A DNA stretch of 64,000 bases from a virus. The notes beneath the pieces are model-generated. The model was not told the DNA's origin, ran no database searches, and saw nothing but the letters and a program-made list of their open reading frames with translations. The stretch spans positions 32,001 through 96,000 of IMG/VR virus record IMGVR_UViG_3300021957_003133. One strand, written 5' to 3'. Every line of letters begins with the position of its first letter. Positions within the stretch are counted from its first letter, which is position 1. Made by a program: the position numbers and the translations under genes. Shown here in pieces: positions 13,801 through 20,666 of this stretch.

Positions 13801-15442
13801 TCACGGTTTAGTATCTGGTCATACAGGTAATATAATCATACAGCCTGAAGCTGACGTACTAGTAAACTTTGTAGCTAGCCATCCGTTTACTGTAGAAGGT
13901 GACGTAGCTATATATCCATACTATAATGTGTTCACAGCTAACATTGGAGATCATATTACCCAACCAAGCACTGGTGCAAATGCCATAGTGTACGGTAATG
14001 CTCTCGGAACAATACAAGGTAATATAGATAGTTCTGCATCGGGTTACTTTATTAAGAACAACGATTTTACTTTTAATGACACAGGAAATTTGTTTATCAA
14101 TGGTGATACGCTTCTAAGCAGTAATGTGTTTGCGGCGAATACCAGTACATGGTCTAATGTTAGTATTTTACCATTGTCAAGTACTATAGCATTGACTACA
14201 CAAGTTGAACACCCTGTGCTAGATGCTAATTTATCTGTAACCAAAGTATGGTCAGCAGTTAAAGTACAAGGTACTATAAAATCAACAGCAGACTTTGTGT
14301 TAAGTGACACATCAATTACTAACGGTAATATCAGAGTCGACGGAGTGTGGAAATCAGTATATCCAACAGCCGTTGACTTTATAAGTTCTTTAAGCAATCC
14401 ATATGACTCAACAGTGTTTGACGCTGTAGACTACGATGAAGATGGTAACGAAATTCTTAGTCAATATGCTGTTGATACTATCATACGCAGTACTTACACA
14501 GATACTGCATTAGGAAGTAGACCGGAAGATATTAATGTAGACGGTGGGGAGTATGTTGATCGTTGGTCGAGCCATGCTCCTGAAGAGCTAGTCCCAGGAA
14601 TAGTATTTGATACATTGAATATGAAAATATTTACAGCAAATATTGATACGTATGCAAACGCTAACCTTACAGTCGGCTATAGAATACAGACTTATGCAGA
14701 TGGTACAACAGATTTCTTAAGGATTGCTGACAACTATAGTACAACAACTGCTAAACAAGTTGCTAGAGACGATACTGAAATTTTTGTAAATGATGCTAGT
14801 GTATTATCTACTCCTAATCGAGCACTCAATGATCCAGGTGTGGTATACATCAATGGAGAAAGAATACACTTCTGGAGAAACTATAGTGCAGAAGTAGTTA
14901 ATTGGACAGCAAATACTGCCTACGGTAATACTGCTGTTATTAGATATGACAGCAATGTTTATGTAACTACAGCAAACGTCAGTGCTAATGCAGTATTTGA
15001 CACTGCTAATGTTAGAGCTATATTCTCTGCTAATGCAATAGGTCAGATAAGACGGGGAACTTGGCAAACAGCGATAACAAATGTGATTGCAAATGGAACT
15101 AGTGTTGTTGACGGTAGTGACAAAACACAGAAAGTACCAAACAGTGGGTTTGGAAATGTTACTTTAGCTAGTAACCTAACAGTCGGAAATGCTTATGTAA
15201 GAACTATTCTAGCAGGAACAACTCTTGTTACATCAAACACTTGGCAAAATCCAGGAACAGTAACAGCCGCTGACGGAACAGGATTCAATGGCGGAGTCAC
15301 AGAACAAATACTGTTCTTGAAAGAACAGGCCGCTGATCGTGAAGCAGAAATAGCTGAACTACCTGGCGAAACAATGACAACAGAACTCGGAACTGATGCT
15401 CTCATAACTGAGGATTTAGCCGACGTAATTACAACGGAATAA
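1865..15442 (+). CDS. Giant (4525 aa) virion structural protein, probably baseplate/fibre-associated, with FG-GAP beta-propeller and carbohydrate-binding-like modules
   Basis: N-terminal LLPGVFRTDVNEKFLNATVDQL; about 7 FGxxV...VGAP repeats; W-x5-Y CBM5/12-like segments; GSGYTSAPTV motif; structural context. Confidence 0.7.
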   Translation: MAARKSINLLPGVFRTDVNEKFLNATVDQLVSEPSLTDLYGYIGRQFAPTFKKGDSYITEETTLRQDYQLEPTTVIKDNEGNTTFFASYLDFLNKVKYYGGYTEDQSRLFASEYYSFDPQVSLDKFVNFGQYYWLPNGPSTVQVNTTGVELIKDYTVSRNDNQNQYDFTSSGEQNNTLVLARGGTYTFAVDQSAGFWIQTELGIDGLVNVTPTISSRAVLGVENNGATNGTVTFTVPQSDAQDRFLSQNTIATVDYALPLPFSKVQNRLLSDFLVEYPQFAGLAGQLDGKTAVFVEQDTLTNVENAWTVAYENSGESVEFDFGETVPQGSRYGVWQIQLITSGSDKLINIFPTTVIPFDNKVYIKSGINFVNKEFYKEFTEFLEPVPVISSILDTLYIQDGDRADIYAKIKIVDFNNFTIDVNADILGENTYTSPNGVEFTSGLKIKFDSDVTPTTYQEKTYYVENVGEGIRLVDETLLVTPETYNDEVATNYPIQRIMLTKATTAEITAGTVITVGDNSIEVNTDIAIGATKITTLDSISAVEKGQVVTGAGIQSATVVYDAFADTIFPDYITIKRDALDLNAWSRSNRWVHSAIIEASATYNNEVLVLSQDLRAQRPIVQFEGDLQLFNHGRIGKRHVDIVDTQITDAFIELEGKVLTTAFGVTLFDGMRVLFANDNDPLVRNKIYNLNLVQYEVDAEGFPEGTFHIKLTKADDGDGQEWDSVVVGLGASKGHSYWYNGTEWKLAQQKTGTQQDPLFDVYDTAGKSLSNLDYYPRSSFVGTKLFGYDRGTTGVNDKILGFPLNYRSFSSQGDILFANYFNTDIFNYVVGLETKKINVNTGYLQSIQTDRTTKPKNTWQTVNESSRQYQVFEFEYTATTDNPFALDITPKQQDTHGFTDTVPYVKVYQNQKILKQTHWSISATNRITVSATLAVGDIINVLVYSEQVSEQAYYQVPLNLDLNAQNTDITTLTLGQVRNHVVALGQNSTALVGDILGKSNLRDLAIKGQGGSILQHSAPIPYAELFLIDEKANFIDSIQFAQREYAKFKNKFLELAISLPGVDSADAVASVDTIIAQINLNKNVSTPWHYSDMVPTGTLRETITYKVFDPLVLSYEITSIFSSTTLSNQAVLVYLNGTQLILGRDYSFDTTRPAVDFDSNYVTFAVDDIITIVEYANTDGCYIPETPSKVGTYPKFEPELILDDTYKSAITVIRGHDGSITPAFDDYRDNLLLELEKRIYNNIKIPDTNTYQTELLTALPGKFRDSGYTYSEVWNAVATGFMTWVGKNRVDFSTNNTFLSNDPFSWNYSRFVDRLDREYLPGSWRAIYQYYYDTIYPHQRPWEMLGFSSQPDWWEDRYGVGPYTGGNKLLWDDLEAGKIYGGPRSLVDMGSGVGIDTNYVRPGLSQIIPVDQNGYLLSPEKVVALASNSTDAATSWSIGQLGPTEWAWRSSSDYPYVLQQAMAVLKPAVYFGRFIDTYNIRYNTDIKQYLTLTDKHHVQQDEIVYNGYINPLIPTVINRGAGYLNWIADYLRSHGVTPSVKINPMLENYNVKLAYKMAGFSDKKYLQVLAEQSSPSSTSTSIMIPDENYDLLLNKSAPTDKITYSAVIVEKATNGFTVRGYDLHIPYFTIIPSVSNNNSYSISVQDESGTIFNDYQNVKLTVPYGYEFKTQQQVVDFLIGYERYLKAQGFTFNDRDGDLAETRDWKLSVKEFLFWAQQGWREGSILVLSPVTNSIKVVTENNIVDGIEDSQYGSKVVDQNFNIVKNTGYQITRTSNNFSVTLQDDNMLALVQLSLVQYEHVLVFDNTTVFNDVIYRPELGNRQFRLKLIGQKTNLWDGSLYAPGFVYNDELVPEWQVGVDYLKGQLIEFKDQYYVALTNVPGATEFNFTTWKQISKSEIKSGLLSNFSTTAVESQSYYDSYGEIKDKDQMAYSHGLIGYKPRQYLDDLGLTETTQIEFYKGYIGQKGTKNAIDALSKADFDTLSSKISYYEEWAIRTGEYGAIASNPFVEIALDEKAISVNPATIKFVGTNDANDGNGETVFNQSQLYKFLDGEGAKFNGNIALNRDSASNYDNDILTAGYVNIDDIDATVYDISDYSTLNVLADDIGTGYSIWTAKDFNGNWNVYRVSESDNQVTTLTNALDGYVTWTSSEQHGLIKDNIFLIRGFDDKFDGFYQVYSVPDLKRVTCQYLGNSENLDTLNTANGLGILFVLDSLRFRFMEDARIFGLTNPKQGWRTGDKIWIDEDAATTVEQGQPYDVASGGWKVYEKTNPWNYKETLLKSSSEYKADDGFGTAVKLSYDGLLATVGSPFANTTPYYSGGVEEVTGKVNVFNKDYAGNLLVATSLIPKSGNAQVTTREYGSCVDQAVEKVVVGAPGSYGNIGLVYLYNRPAGTTEFEEPQIIWSKDVTATGDRFGSSVSLSEYGDWLYVGAPGNDRVYVYGLNTHVSKEKDTVAINNRNTLRLSGNTAVFPGDFITYPVTGANANVISSGNTFVGSSWGSNIVVNTGVGFDTGNANANVSINSVDSTLYATNLYSVSNISNIRTSFTPTVSGQADSLLVRNSNRTFIPELDYTLSGNVITFTGNLAEDTYVITQAPYYVLSNTIQGETGSSFGSSMDSSLDGAQLGVGAPNANVFVSGQWIQGAGAVYVYDRVIEAFKTTGSITYTTTGTIDLVHKVQIDGVTVEDYVPPTIGGTTLTFINPPPIGKVVYIETNEFNLLEELTGIDSLEGGNTAIQQGAAFGTDLTICSNNCAIYVGAPYYDNGTAYNTGAVWKFHNRGRLYGTNTGDIKNPTFTPGDTIRLDNFEITVTGTTLDSLVNDINSAAIVGLVASNENGYLKLDTDSTVAKNLLRILSGSDNGVLLDAGIKVFAFMQIIVSPYNTQGEYFGNKVVLAQNAYMLVIGSERGTTKSPLTIDTDTLTLDDDSTIFTDDIVGSGSTYVYELYDDPRDEVENPGRYAFAQQLIVPDLDGNVQTPSDRLNSGDRFGAAIDVMGGEIIVSAPGDDTQGLDTGSVYIFSDPEMTRGWNLIRYQQPRVDVDTVNRIFLYSKLTDTILTNLEFIDPAKGKILGVADQEISFKTEYDPAVYNRGENANSAFNWNEAQVNQVWWNLEQVRFIDYEQGSLEYRSINWGRLFPGSIVEICEWVESPVLPSAYVTAGYDGVPKYADDSNYVEISKVNPTTNIIESVYYFWVTGKTSITGIDETRNLSIQTISDYITNPKSQGIGYSAIIQNNSIIVYNVSEYLSASNTILHLDYDILKNSSLIHSEYELIQEGNPVDLIPNKIVNKMIDSLAGIDADGRSVPDPTLSPADRYGIDVRPRQTIFIDRLKAMSDLITHVNAILISKPIARQYDLTNMLSQEAEPNIKLNEYDLAIETEIELPYINTDILSTGYKVLVKQNTAEDNLWTLYELTSNKSWKLLRIQSYKTSLYWSYVDWYAEGYDSNEVIEYVVDTLPDALKLSASVGDEIKVKVTTSTGGGWNLLTVTSTGSYEVVGIENGTIQLNESLGDFADNEIGYSNQGYDDGRLDQSPNIETRYIINALRNDIFIGELQGQFNELFFVMVNYLFTEQLSVDWIFKSSFISVTQYLRTLGQPANYVKDNLTYYENYIEEVKPYRTKIREYLTNYTSDDPFGGDITDFDLAPYYDQDLETFRSPNGEHITKDTQLWSTGYLPNNGGLVNIDYPNWYNNRTFVVDSIIVSNVGSGYTSAPTVTVSGGGSNIQATATATINGDTGSVTAITVVTEGQDYTSTPTVTINGTTVSNVTVIGGNANIQSNTYTVNSTVGLFVGMAANVAFAANTIIENIDRGNLEITMTTANTSAFTNTAISFGFTTSTEQGILATAYPVLKNNKIRTFDSTLKFDRITYSTEVQPWQANTFFQANTIVSFGNVGYQVTANVTTGNTFVLDNYTVYPAADFKNANDRIMAYYSPQSDMEAKDLNQLIPGIEYPGVQVQGLNFNQQPGIGGDIVANITFSGSHGLVSGHTGNIIIQPEADVLVNFVASHPFTVEGDVAIYPYYNVFTANIGDHITQPSTGANAIVYGNALGTIQGNIDSSASGYFIKNNDFTFNDTGNLFINGDTLLSSNVFAANTSTWSNVSILPLSSTIALTTQVEHPVLDANLSVTKVWSAVKVQGTIKSTADFVLSDTSITNGNIRVDGVWKSVYPTAVDFISSLSNPYDSTVFDAVDYDEDGNEILSQYAVDTIIRSTYTDTALGSRPEDINVDGGEYVDRWSSHAPEELVPGIVFDTLNMKIFTANIDTYANANLTVGYRIQTYADGTTDFLRIADNYSTTTAKQVARDDTEIFVNDASVLSTPNRALNDPGVVYINGERIHFWRNYSAEVVNWTANTAYGNTAVIRYDSNVYVTTANVSANAVFDTANVRAIFSANAIGQIRRGTWQTAITNVIANGTSVVDGSDKTQKVPNSGFGNVTLASNLTVGNAYVRTILAGTTLVTSNTWQNPGTVTAADGTGFNGGVTEQILFLKEQAADREAEIAELPGETMTTELGTDALITEDLADVITTE
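8730..10920 (+). repeat. Dispersed FG-GAP-like repeats (beta-propeller blades) within the giant protein
   Basis: FGTAV..VGSP, YGSCV..VGAPG, FGSSV..VGAPG, FGSSM..VGAPN, FGTDL..VGAPY, FGNKV..IGSE, FGAAI..VSAPG. Confidence 0.75.
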
Positions 15443-15445
15443 ATA
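15439..15445 (+). promoter_or_regulatory. Putative T4-like late promoter (ATAAATA)
   Basis: Same motif precedes several structural genes; resembles the T4 gp55 TATAAATA element. Confidence 0.5.
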
Positions 15446-15466
15446 GTGTACATAGGATAAGAAATT

Positions 15467-17098
15467 ATGGCAATTAAAATAAGTGAACTAGCAAATTTAA
15501 CAGCGTATACAGACTCTGTCTTTATCCCTGTTGTTGAAACTGCTGGTAACACATTTTCAACAGTAAAGTCAACGTCGAGTGAGTTAAAAACTTACGTGCT
15601 TGGTACTATACCATCTGAGATCAGTGATTTAACAGCAAACACAACAGCACAAGCGACTGCAATATATAATGCTGAGGTAGCTATAGTTACAGCTAACATT
15701 GGACAGATAGGTTATACTGACAACAAGGTACTAACTGCTAACATTGGACAGATAGGTTACACTGACAACAAAGTTACAACAGCTAACATTGGTCAGATAG
15801 GTTACACTGATAACAAAGTTTCAACAGCCAACGTTGCCATGAAAGGATATGTTGATTTTGCTAATACCACAATGACATCTTATGTCAATGATGTAGCAAC
15901 AAGAACGTCATATGGTAATGCTAATGTAACAGCATTTCTACCAACATACAATGGTACTATTGCAACAGTAACTAATGCTAACATTGGTCAGATAGGTTAT
16001 ACTGACAACAAGGTTACAACAGCTAACATTGGACAGATAGGTTATACCCTTAACCAAATTAACATATCTAACATTGGTACTATTGGATATATAGCACAAC
16101 AAATTAATATATCAAACGTTGGGCAAATAGGATATACAGATAACAAAGTATCAGTAGCAAATATCGGACAAATTGGTTATACCAACGATAGAGTTACAAC
16201 AGCTAATATTGGGCAAATTGGTTATACAGACAACGAAGTACTAACTGCTAACATCGGGCAAATTGGATACACCGATAATAAAGTTACAACTGCTAACATT
16301 GGACAGATAGGATTTACAAATGAAACAGTAACACAAGCCAATGTTGGAATGAAAGGTTATGTTGATCAAGAAGTGATCGCGGCTGGTGGTTATAGTAATG
16401 TTAACACAACAGCATTCTTAGTGGCGGCAAGTGTACCTATTAATACATCAGCTAATGTTAGTGGTGCTATAGTAAATGCGGGTGCCGCAACAGTAACTGG
16501 CACTATTGCAGGAGCGATAGGAACATTTACTGGAAATGTAATAGGTGGGCAGGCACAATTCTCAGCATTAAATTCAACTCCGGTCGGAAATGCAGTAGCA
16601 AGTACTGGAACATTTACTACACTTACTGTTCCGAGTGTTACCAAAAATGGTACAGATGGAGTAGGTGATATCGGACAAACAGGCAATAGATTTGCAGTGA
16701 TATATGGTCAATCTACTTCAGCAGAATACGCTGATTTGGCAGAAAAATATGTGTCAGATACCGACTACGACTCAGGAACAGTATTAGAGTTTGGCGGCGA
16801 ACATGAAGTCACACTAGCGTCAAATGAAACTGTTAGAGTAGCAGGAATAGTTTCAACACAACCAGCATTTAAAATGAATGATGATCTTGTAGCAGACCAT
16901 GTAGTAATGATAGCATTACAAGGAAGAGTTCCGTGTAAGGTTGAAGGAACAATACAAAAAGGAGACATGCTAGTTTCAGCAGGTAACGGTAAAGCTAAAG
17001 CAACAAATAATCCACAATTTGGCACTGTTATTGGAAAAGCATTGCAAGAACATCAAGGAGCCGACGGCATTATAGAAGTAGTTGTTGGACGATTATAG
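15467..17098 (+). CDS. Fibre/spike protein with 15-aa repeats and a C-terminal intramolecular chaperone (peptidase G2/IMC-like) domain
   Basis: MAIKISEL N-terminus; TANIGQIGYTDNKVx repeats; C-terminal AEYADLAE...GRVPCKV...KGDMLVS...IGKAL. Confidence 0.7.
   Translation: MAIKISELANLTAYTDSVFIPVVETAGNTFSTVKSTSSELKTYVLGTIPSEISDLTANTTAQATAIYNAEVAIVTANIGQIGYTDNKVLTANIGQIGYTDNKVTTANIGQIGYTDNKVSTANVAMKGYVDFANTTMTSYVNDVATRTSYGNANVTAFLPTYNGTIATVTNANIGQIGYTDNKVTTANIGQIGYTLNQINISNIGTIGYIAQQINISNVGQIGYTDNKVSVANIGQIGYTNDRVTTANIGQIGYTDNEVLTANIGQIGYTDNKVTTANIGQIGFTNETVTQANVGMKGYVDQEVIAAGGYSNVNTTAFLVAASVPINTSANVSGAIVNAGAATVTGTIAGAIGTFTGNVIGGQAQFSALNSTPVGNAVASTGTFTTLTVPSVTKNGTDGVGDIGQTGNRFAVIYGQSTSAEYADLAEKYVSDTDYDSGTVLEFGGEHEVTLASNETVRVAGIVSTQPAFKMNDDLVADHVVMIALQGRVPCKVEGTIQKGDMLVSAGNGKAKATNNPQFGTVIGKALQEHQGADGIIEVVVGRL
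15689..16378 (+). repeat. 45-bp / 15-aa tandem repeats in two blocks (about 4 and 9 units)
   Basis: acagctaacattggacagataggttatactgacaacaag recurs with a 45-bp period; each block ends in an xANVxMKGYVD variant. Confidence 0.9.
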
Positions 17099-17101
17099 GC
17101 G

Positions 17102-17108
17102 ATAAATA
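17102..17108 (+). promoter_or_regulatory. Putative late promoter ATAAATA, 5 nt before the ATG
   Basis: gATAAATAagcatATG. Confidence 0.55.
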
Positions 17109-17113
17109 AGCAT

Positions 17114-17770
17114 ATGGACAATAAGAAGCAAGAAGATTCTATGGATAATCAAACAAAAAACAAGCAACCTGATGAAAAAAGTGGAATACTTCTACAAGGG
17201 CATATTAAAATATTTGACCCTGATTCAGATGAAGTTTATGTAGATAAACGCAATGCTATTCACTATGAAAATATGAGTGAAGCATTGGCACTTAATGTAG
17301 GTAACAAAGACAGTCAATTCATCACTGAGATGCATTTTGGCAACGGTGGTACCACTGTTGACCCAACTGGTGTTATTACATATCTACCTACAAATACTAA
17401 TGTGCAAAATGCAGATTTATACAGTCCACAGTACTACAAGATAGTAGATAATACAAATTCAGCAAATGCTGATCCTACTAGAAACAAGATAGAGGTTATT
17501 CATACTCCAGGGTTAATTTATACTGATATCGTGATTAGCTGTTTATTAGATTACGGTGAGCCCAGTGGGCAAGCTGTTTTTGATAATAGTCAAACACTGA
17601 ACGGTGATTTTGTATTTGATGAGCTAGGACTTAAAGGCTACAGTTCAAGTGGAGTAGGACTTGGAAAATTATTAACACATGTGATTTTTAGTCCAGTGCA
17701 AAAATCATTGAACAGGTTGATACAGATTGATTACACTGTAAGAATACAGACATTAACAAATTTAACATAG
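17114..17770 (+). CDS. Conserved virion/baseplate-associated protein
   Basis: NAIHYENMS...FGNGG...FVFDELGL...LLTHVIFSPVQKSLNR pattern resembles fibre-attachment/baseplate proteins; structural context. Confidence 0.55.
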   Translation: MDNKKQEDSMDNQTKNKQPDEKSGILLQGHIKIFDPDSDEVYVDKRNAIHYENMSEALALNVGNKDSQFITEMHFGNGGTTVDPTGVITYLPTNTNVQNADLYSPQYYKIVDNTNSANADPTRNKIEVIHTPGLIYTDIVISCLLDYGEPSGQAVFDNSQTLNGDFVFDELGLKGYSSSGVGLGKLLTHVIFSPVQKSLNRLIQIDYTVRIQTLTNLT

Positions 17771-17792
17771 ATACATAATTTAGGAAAAGGAA

Positions 17793-19151
17793 ATGGCTTA
17801 CACCATAACTAAAACAGACGGAACTTCGCTAGGTACTATAACAGACGGAACTATTAATACCAGTTTTACTAGCTTAACATTGATTGGACGTAATTACAGT
17901 AATTATGGACAATTTATTGCTAACGACCTAGTTGCTCTAGTAGAGAATTTTGCATATTCGTCAAGTCCAAGTAATCCTCTAGCAGGACAGCTATGGTGGG
18001 ACACCGGTACTAGTAGACTAAACGTTTATACCGGAACAGCATTTAAAGTTATATCTAATGCAACAGCTTCAAGCTCAGCACCAGCTAATAGTATAGCAGG
18101 TGATTTATGGTTTGATACTGCTAACAGTCAACTTTATGTATATGACGGGACTAGTTGGGTCTTAGTTGGACCTCAGAGAAACGGTAGTGGTGCTGTGTGG
18201 GAACAGATTACTGACAATGTGTCAGCTACACACGATGTACTAAGTGTAAAATTAAATAATGCAAGAACAGAAATTATCAGTTTAGATGCAGAGTTTACTC
18301 CAAATGTTGCTATCAGTGGATTCGCGACAATTAAAACAGGTATCAATGCTAATACTAATGTAGCTAGTGGTACATTCTGGGGTTTAGCAAACAACTCATC
18401 ATACCTAGGTGGAGCACCGTCGACAAGTTACTTACGTAGTGATGCAAACGATACTGCTACAGGAGCAATAACTTTAGCTAATTTAACTGTCGGGTTAGAT
18501 AGCAACATTACAGTAGCTACAGATTCAACAGGCAATGCAACTATTAGAAATACAAAATTAAATGGCGACATTAACTTTTATGCAAATGTTGGCGGAACAG
18601 ATACAAGTGTATTAAGTATCGATGCCGCGGCTGGCTTGTCAAGATTTGTCGGAGTAACAACATCAACTACAGCGGCAATCGGAACTGATGCCACAGTTGG
18701 TGGTACTTTAGCAGTTACAGGAACTGGTGCATTTACTGGTAATCTAACTGCTCCTACGCAAGCTGTTGGTGTTGCAGATACTACAGTTGCTACTACCCAA
18801 TGGGTTAAAAATAATTCAGGTGTTTATGAATATAAGATTTATTCAGGAACATCACATAGTTGGGTTGGTGCAACTTCGGCTAATCTAGTTGTTGGCGGAT
18901 ATACTACATACACAGCAGGCACAAGTGGAATAAATTTACAAAACGGTGCTACCGCAATAACACAACCAGACACATACAATGGTACTGGTAATGCAAGAGT
19001 AGCAACAACACAGTTTGTTAAAACAGCAACAACTTGGTGGGGCAATAGCTCACATAGAAGTGCTAAATGGGTAAGCACGGCGGCTCCGAATGCTGGAGTT
19101 AATGATGTAGGCTCAAATGATGGCGATATTTGGTTCCAACGCGAAGCATAA
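17793..19151 (+). CDS. Tail fibre-like structural protein (paralog of 19192..20640)
   Basis: MAYTI...TSLTLIGRNY; PxxGQLWWD and GDLWFD motifs; VATTQ(W/F)V fibre motifs; Thr/Gly/Asn-rich. Confidence 0.65.
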   Translation: MAYTITKTDGTSLGTITDGTINTSFTSLTLIGRNYSNYGQFIANDLVALVENFAYSSSPSNPLAGQLWWDTGTSRLNVYTGTAFKVISNATASSSAPANSIAGDLWFDTANSQLYVYDGTSWVLVGPQRNGSGAVWEQITDNVSATHDVLSVKLNNARTEIISLDAEFTPNVAISGFATIKTGINANTNVASGTFWGLANNSSYLGGAPSTSYLRSDANDTATGAITLANLTVGLDSNITVATDSTGNATIRNTKLNGDINFYANVGGTDTSVLSIDAAAGLSRFVGVTTSTTAAIGTDATVGGTLAVTGTGAFTGNLTAPTQAVGVADTTVATTQWVKNNSGVYEYKIYSGTSHSWVGATSANLVVGGYTTYTAGTSGINLQNGATAITQPDTYNGTGNARVATTQFVKTATTWWGNSSHRSAKWVSTAAPNAGVNDVGSNDGDIWFQREA

Positions 19152-19159
19152 GATTAAAG

Positions 19160-19166
19160 ATAAATA
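19160..19166 (+). promoter_or_regulatory. Putative late promoter ATAAATA
   Basis: Intergenic gATAAATAac upstream of a fibre gene. Confidence 0.5.
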
Positions 19167-19191
19167 ACATTATATAATTAGGTACTAACAA

Positions 19192-20640
19192 ATGGCATAT
19201 ACAATTACTACAACAGCTGGATCAACGTTAGCTTCGGTTACAGATGGAACCGTCAATAGCTCAGCAACTAGTTTAACCTTAATTGGTAAAAACTATGCTG
19301 GTTATGGTATTTTCTTAAATGAAAACTACGTTAAACTATTAGAAAATTTTAATAATTCATCAGCACCTACCAAACCGTTAGCAGGACAACTTTGGTATGA
19401 CAGTACAGCTTCTGTATTAAAAGTTTATACTGGCAGTCTGTGGAAACCTGTTTCGAGTTCAGCAAGCGGCACTACACAACCAGCAAGCCCAATTACTGGT
19501 GACTTATGGTATGACTCAGCTAATGCACAGTTAAAGGTGTGGAGCGGAAGTACTTTTATAACAGTTGGACCTAGCTATACAACATCATCAGGTACATCAG
19601 GTGCAGTTGTTGAAACAATATTAGACAGCGGATCAGCAAGTCATGTAGTTGTTAAGTTTTTTATTAGTAACACAGTCACAGCGATATTAAGTAAAGATGC
19701 AACATTTACTCCAGCTGTTGGAATTTCAGGATTTACTACAGTAGTTCCGGGCTTTAATTTAAGCTCATCAATATCGGGAGCGGTATTTACTGGTACAGTA
19801 ACTAATGCATCAAGTTTGTCGGGTATTACAGCTAGTCAGTTTTTACGTAGCGATCAAGCGGCAAGTACTTCATATGCATTAACTGTTGGACAGTTGTTGG
19901 TCGGAAGTGATTTAACAATCTCTTCAAGCAGTGGCGATATTAACGCCGTTAACGGTACAAGTAATAAAGATTTAAATTTATATGTTAATAAAGGTGGTGT
20001 AAGTACCAAAGCACTCGGTATTACAGGATCAACAGCTAAAGTTACAACATCAAATGATTTCCAAGTTACAGGAGCAACCACATTAAGTGGTGCGACTACA
20101 TGTAGTTCAACACTACAATTAAATGGAGTAACAACGATAGCGGCACAGGCTATCCCAACAGCTGGTAACACTATTGAACTTGGCTCTAGTACTAACAATT
20201 TTGCCAACGTGTTTGCAACAACATTCCGTGGTACTGCTATTACTGCAGAATATGCGGATTTGGCTGAGCGTTTTGAAGCAGATGATTCTTACTCACCAGG
20301 AACAGTTGTTGAACTTGGCGGAGTAAAAGAAATAACAGCGGCTATGAAAGATTTAAGTGATAAAGTATTTGGTGTAATTAGTACACGTGCTGGATTCTTA
20401 ATGAATGGGGCAGCCGGTAATGATCAAACACATCCACCGATAGCAATGGGCGGACGAGTACCTGTCAGAGTAATTGGTACAGTAGAAAAAGGTGATAGAT
20501 TAGTTTCAGCTGGTAACGGCTTAGCTAGATCAGCCACTAGAGATGAAGTTACAGCATTCAATGTTATTGGTAGAGCACTAGGCAATAAAGACACAGAAGC
20601 AGAAGGTACAGTAGAAGCTATCGTTAAGATAAGCAGTTAA
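19192..20640 (+). CDS. Tail fibre-like protein with C-terminal intramolecular chaperone domain
   Basis: N-terminus paralogous to 17793; C-terminal AEYADLAE...GRVPVRV...KGDRLVSAGNG as in 15467. Confidence 0.7.
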   Translation: MAYTITTTAGSTLASVTDGTVNSSATSLTLIGKNYAGYGIFLNENYVKLLENFNNSSAPTKPLAGQLWYDSTASVLKVYTGSLWKPVSSSASGTTQPASPITGDLWYDSANAQLKVWSGSTFITVGPSYTTSSGTSGAVVETILDSGSASHVVVKFFISNTVTAILSKDATFTPAVGISGFTTVVPGFNLSSSISGAVFTGTVTNASSLSGITASQFLRSDQAASTSYALTVGQLLVGSDLTISSSSGDINAVNGTSNKDLNLYVNKGGVSTKALGITGSTAKVTTSNDFQVTGATTLSGATTCSSTLQLNGVTTIAAQAIPTAGNTIELGSSTNNFANVFATTFRGTAITAEYADLAERFEADDSYSPGTVVELGGVKEITAAMKDLSDKVFGVISTRAGFLMNGAAGNDQTHPPIAMGGRVPVRVIGTVEKGDRLVSAGNGLARSATRDEVTAFNVIGRALGNKDTEAEGTVEAIVKISS

Positions 20641-20666
20641 TTAAATTCATTTAGGAATATAGAAAC

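Noticed and set aside
15689-16378. 45-bp repeats as a possible CRISPR array
   Set aside because: In-frame coding repeats with synonymous variation and no unique spacers; no cas genes.
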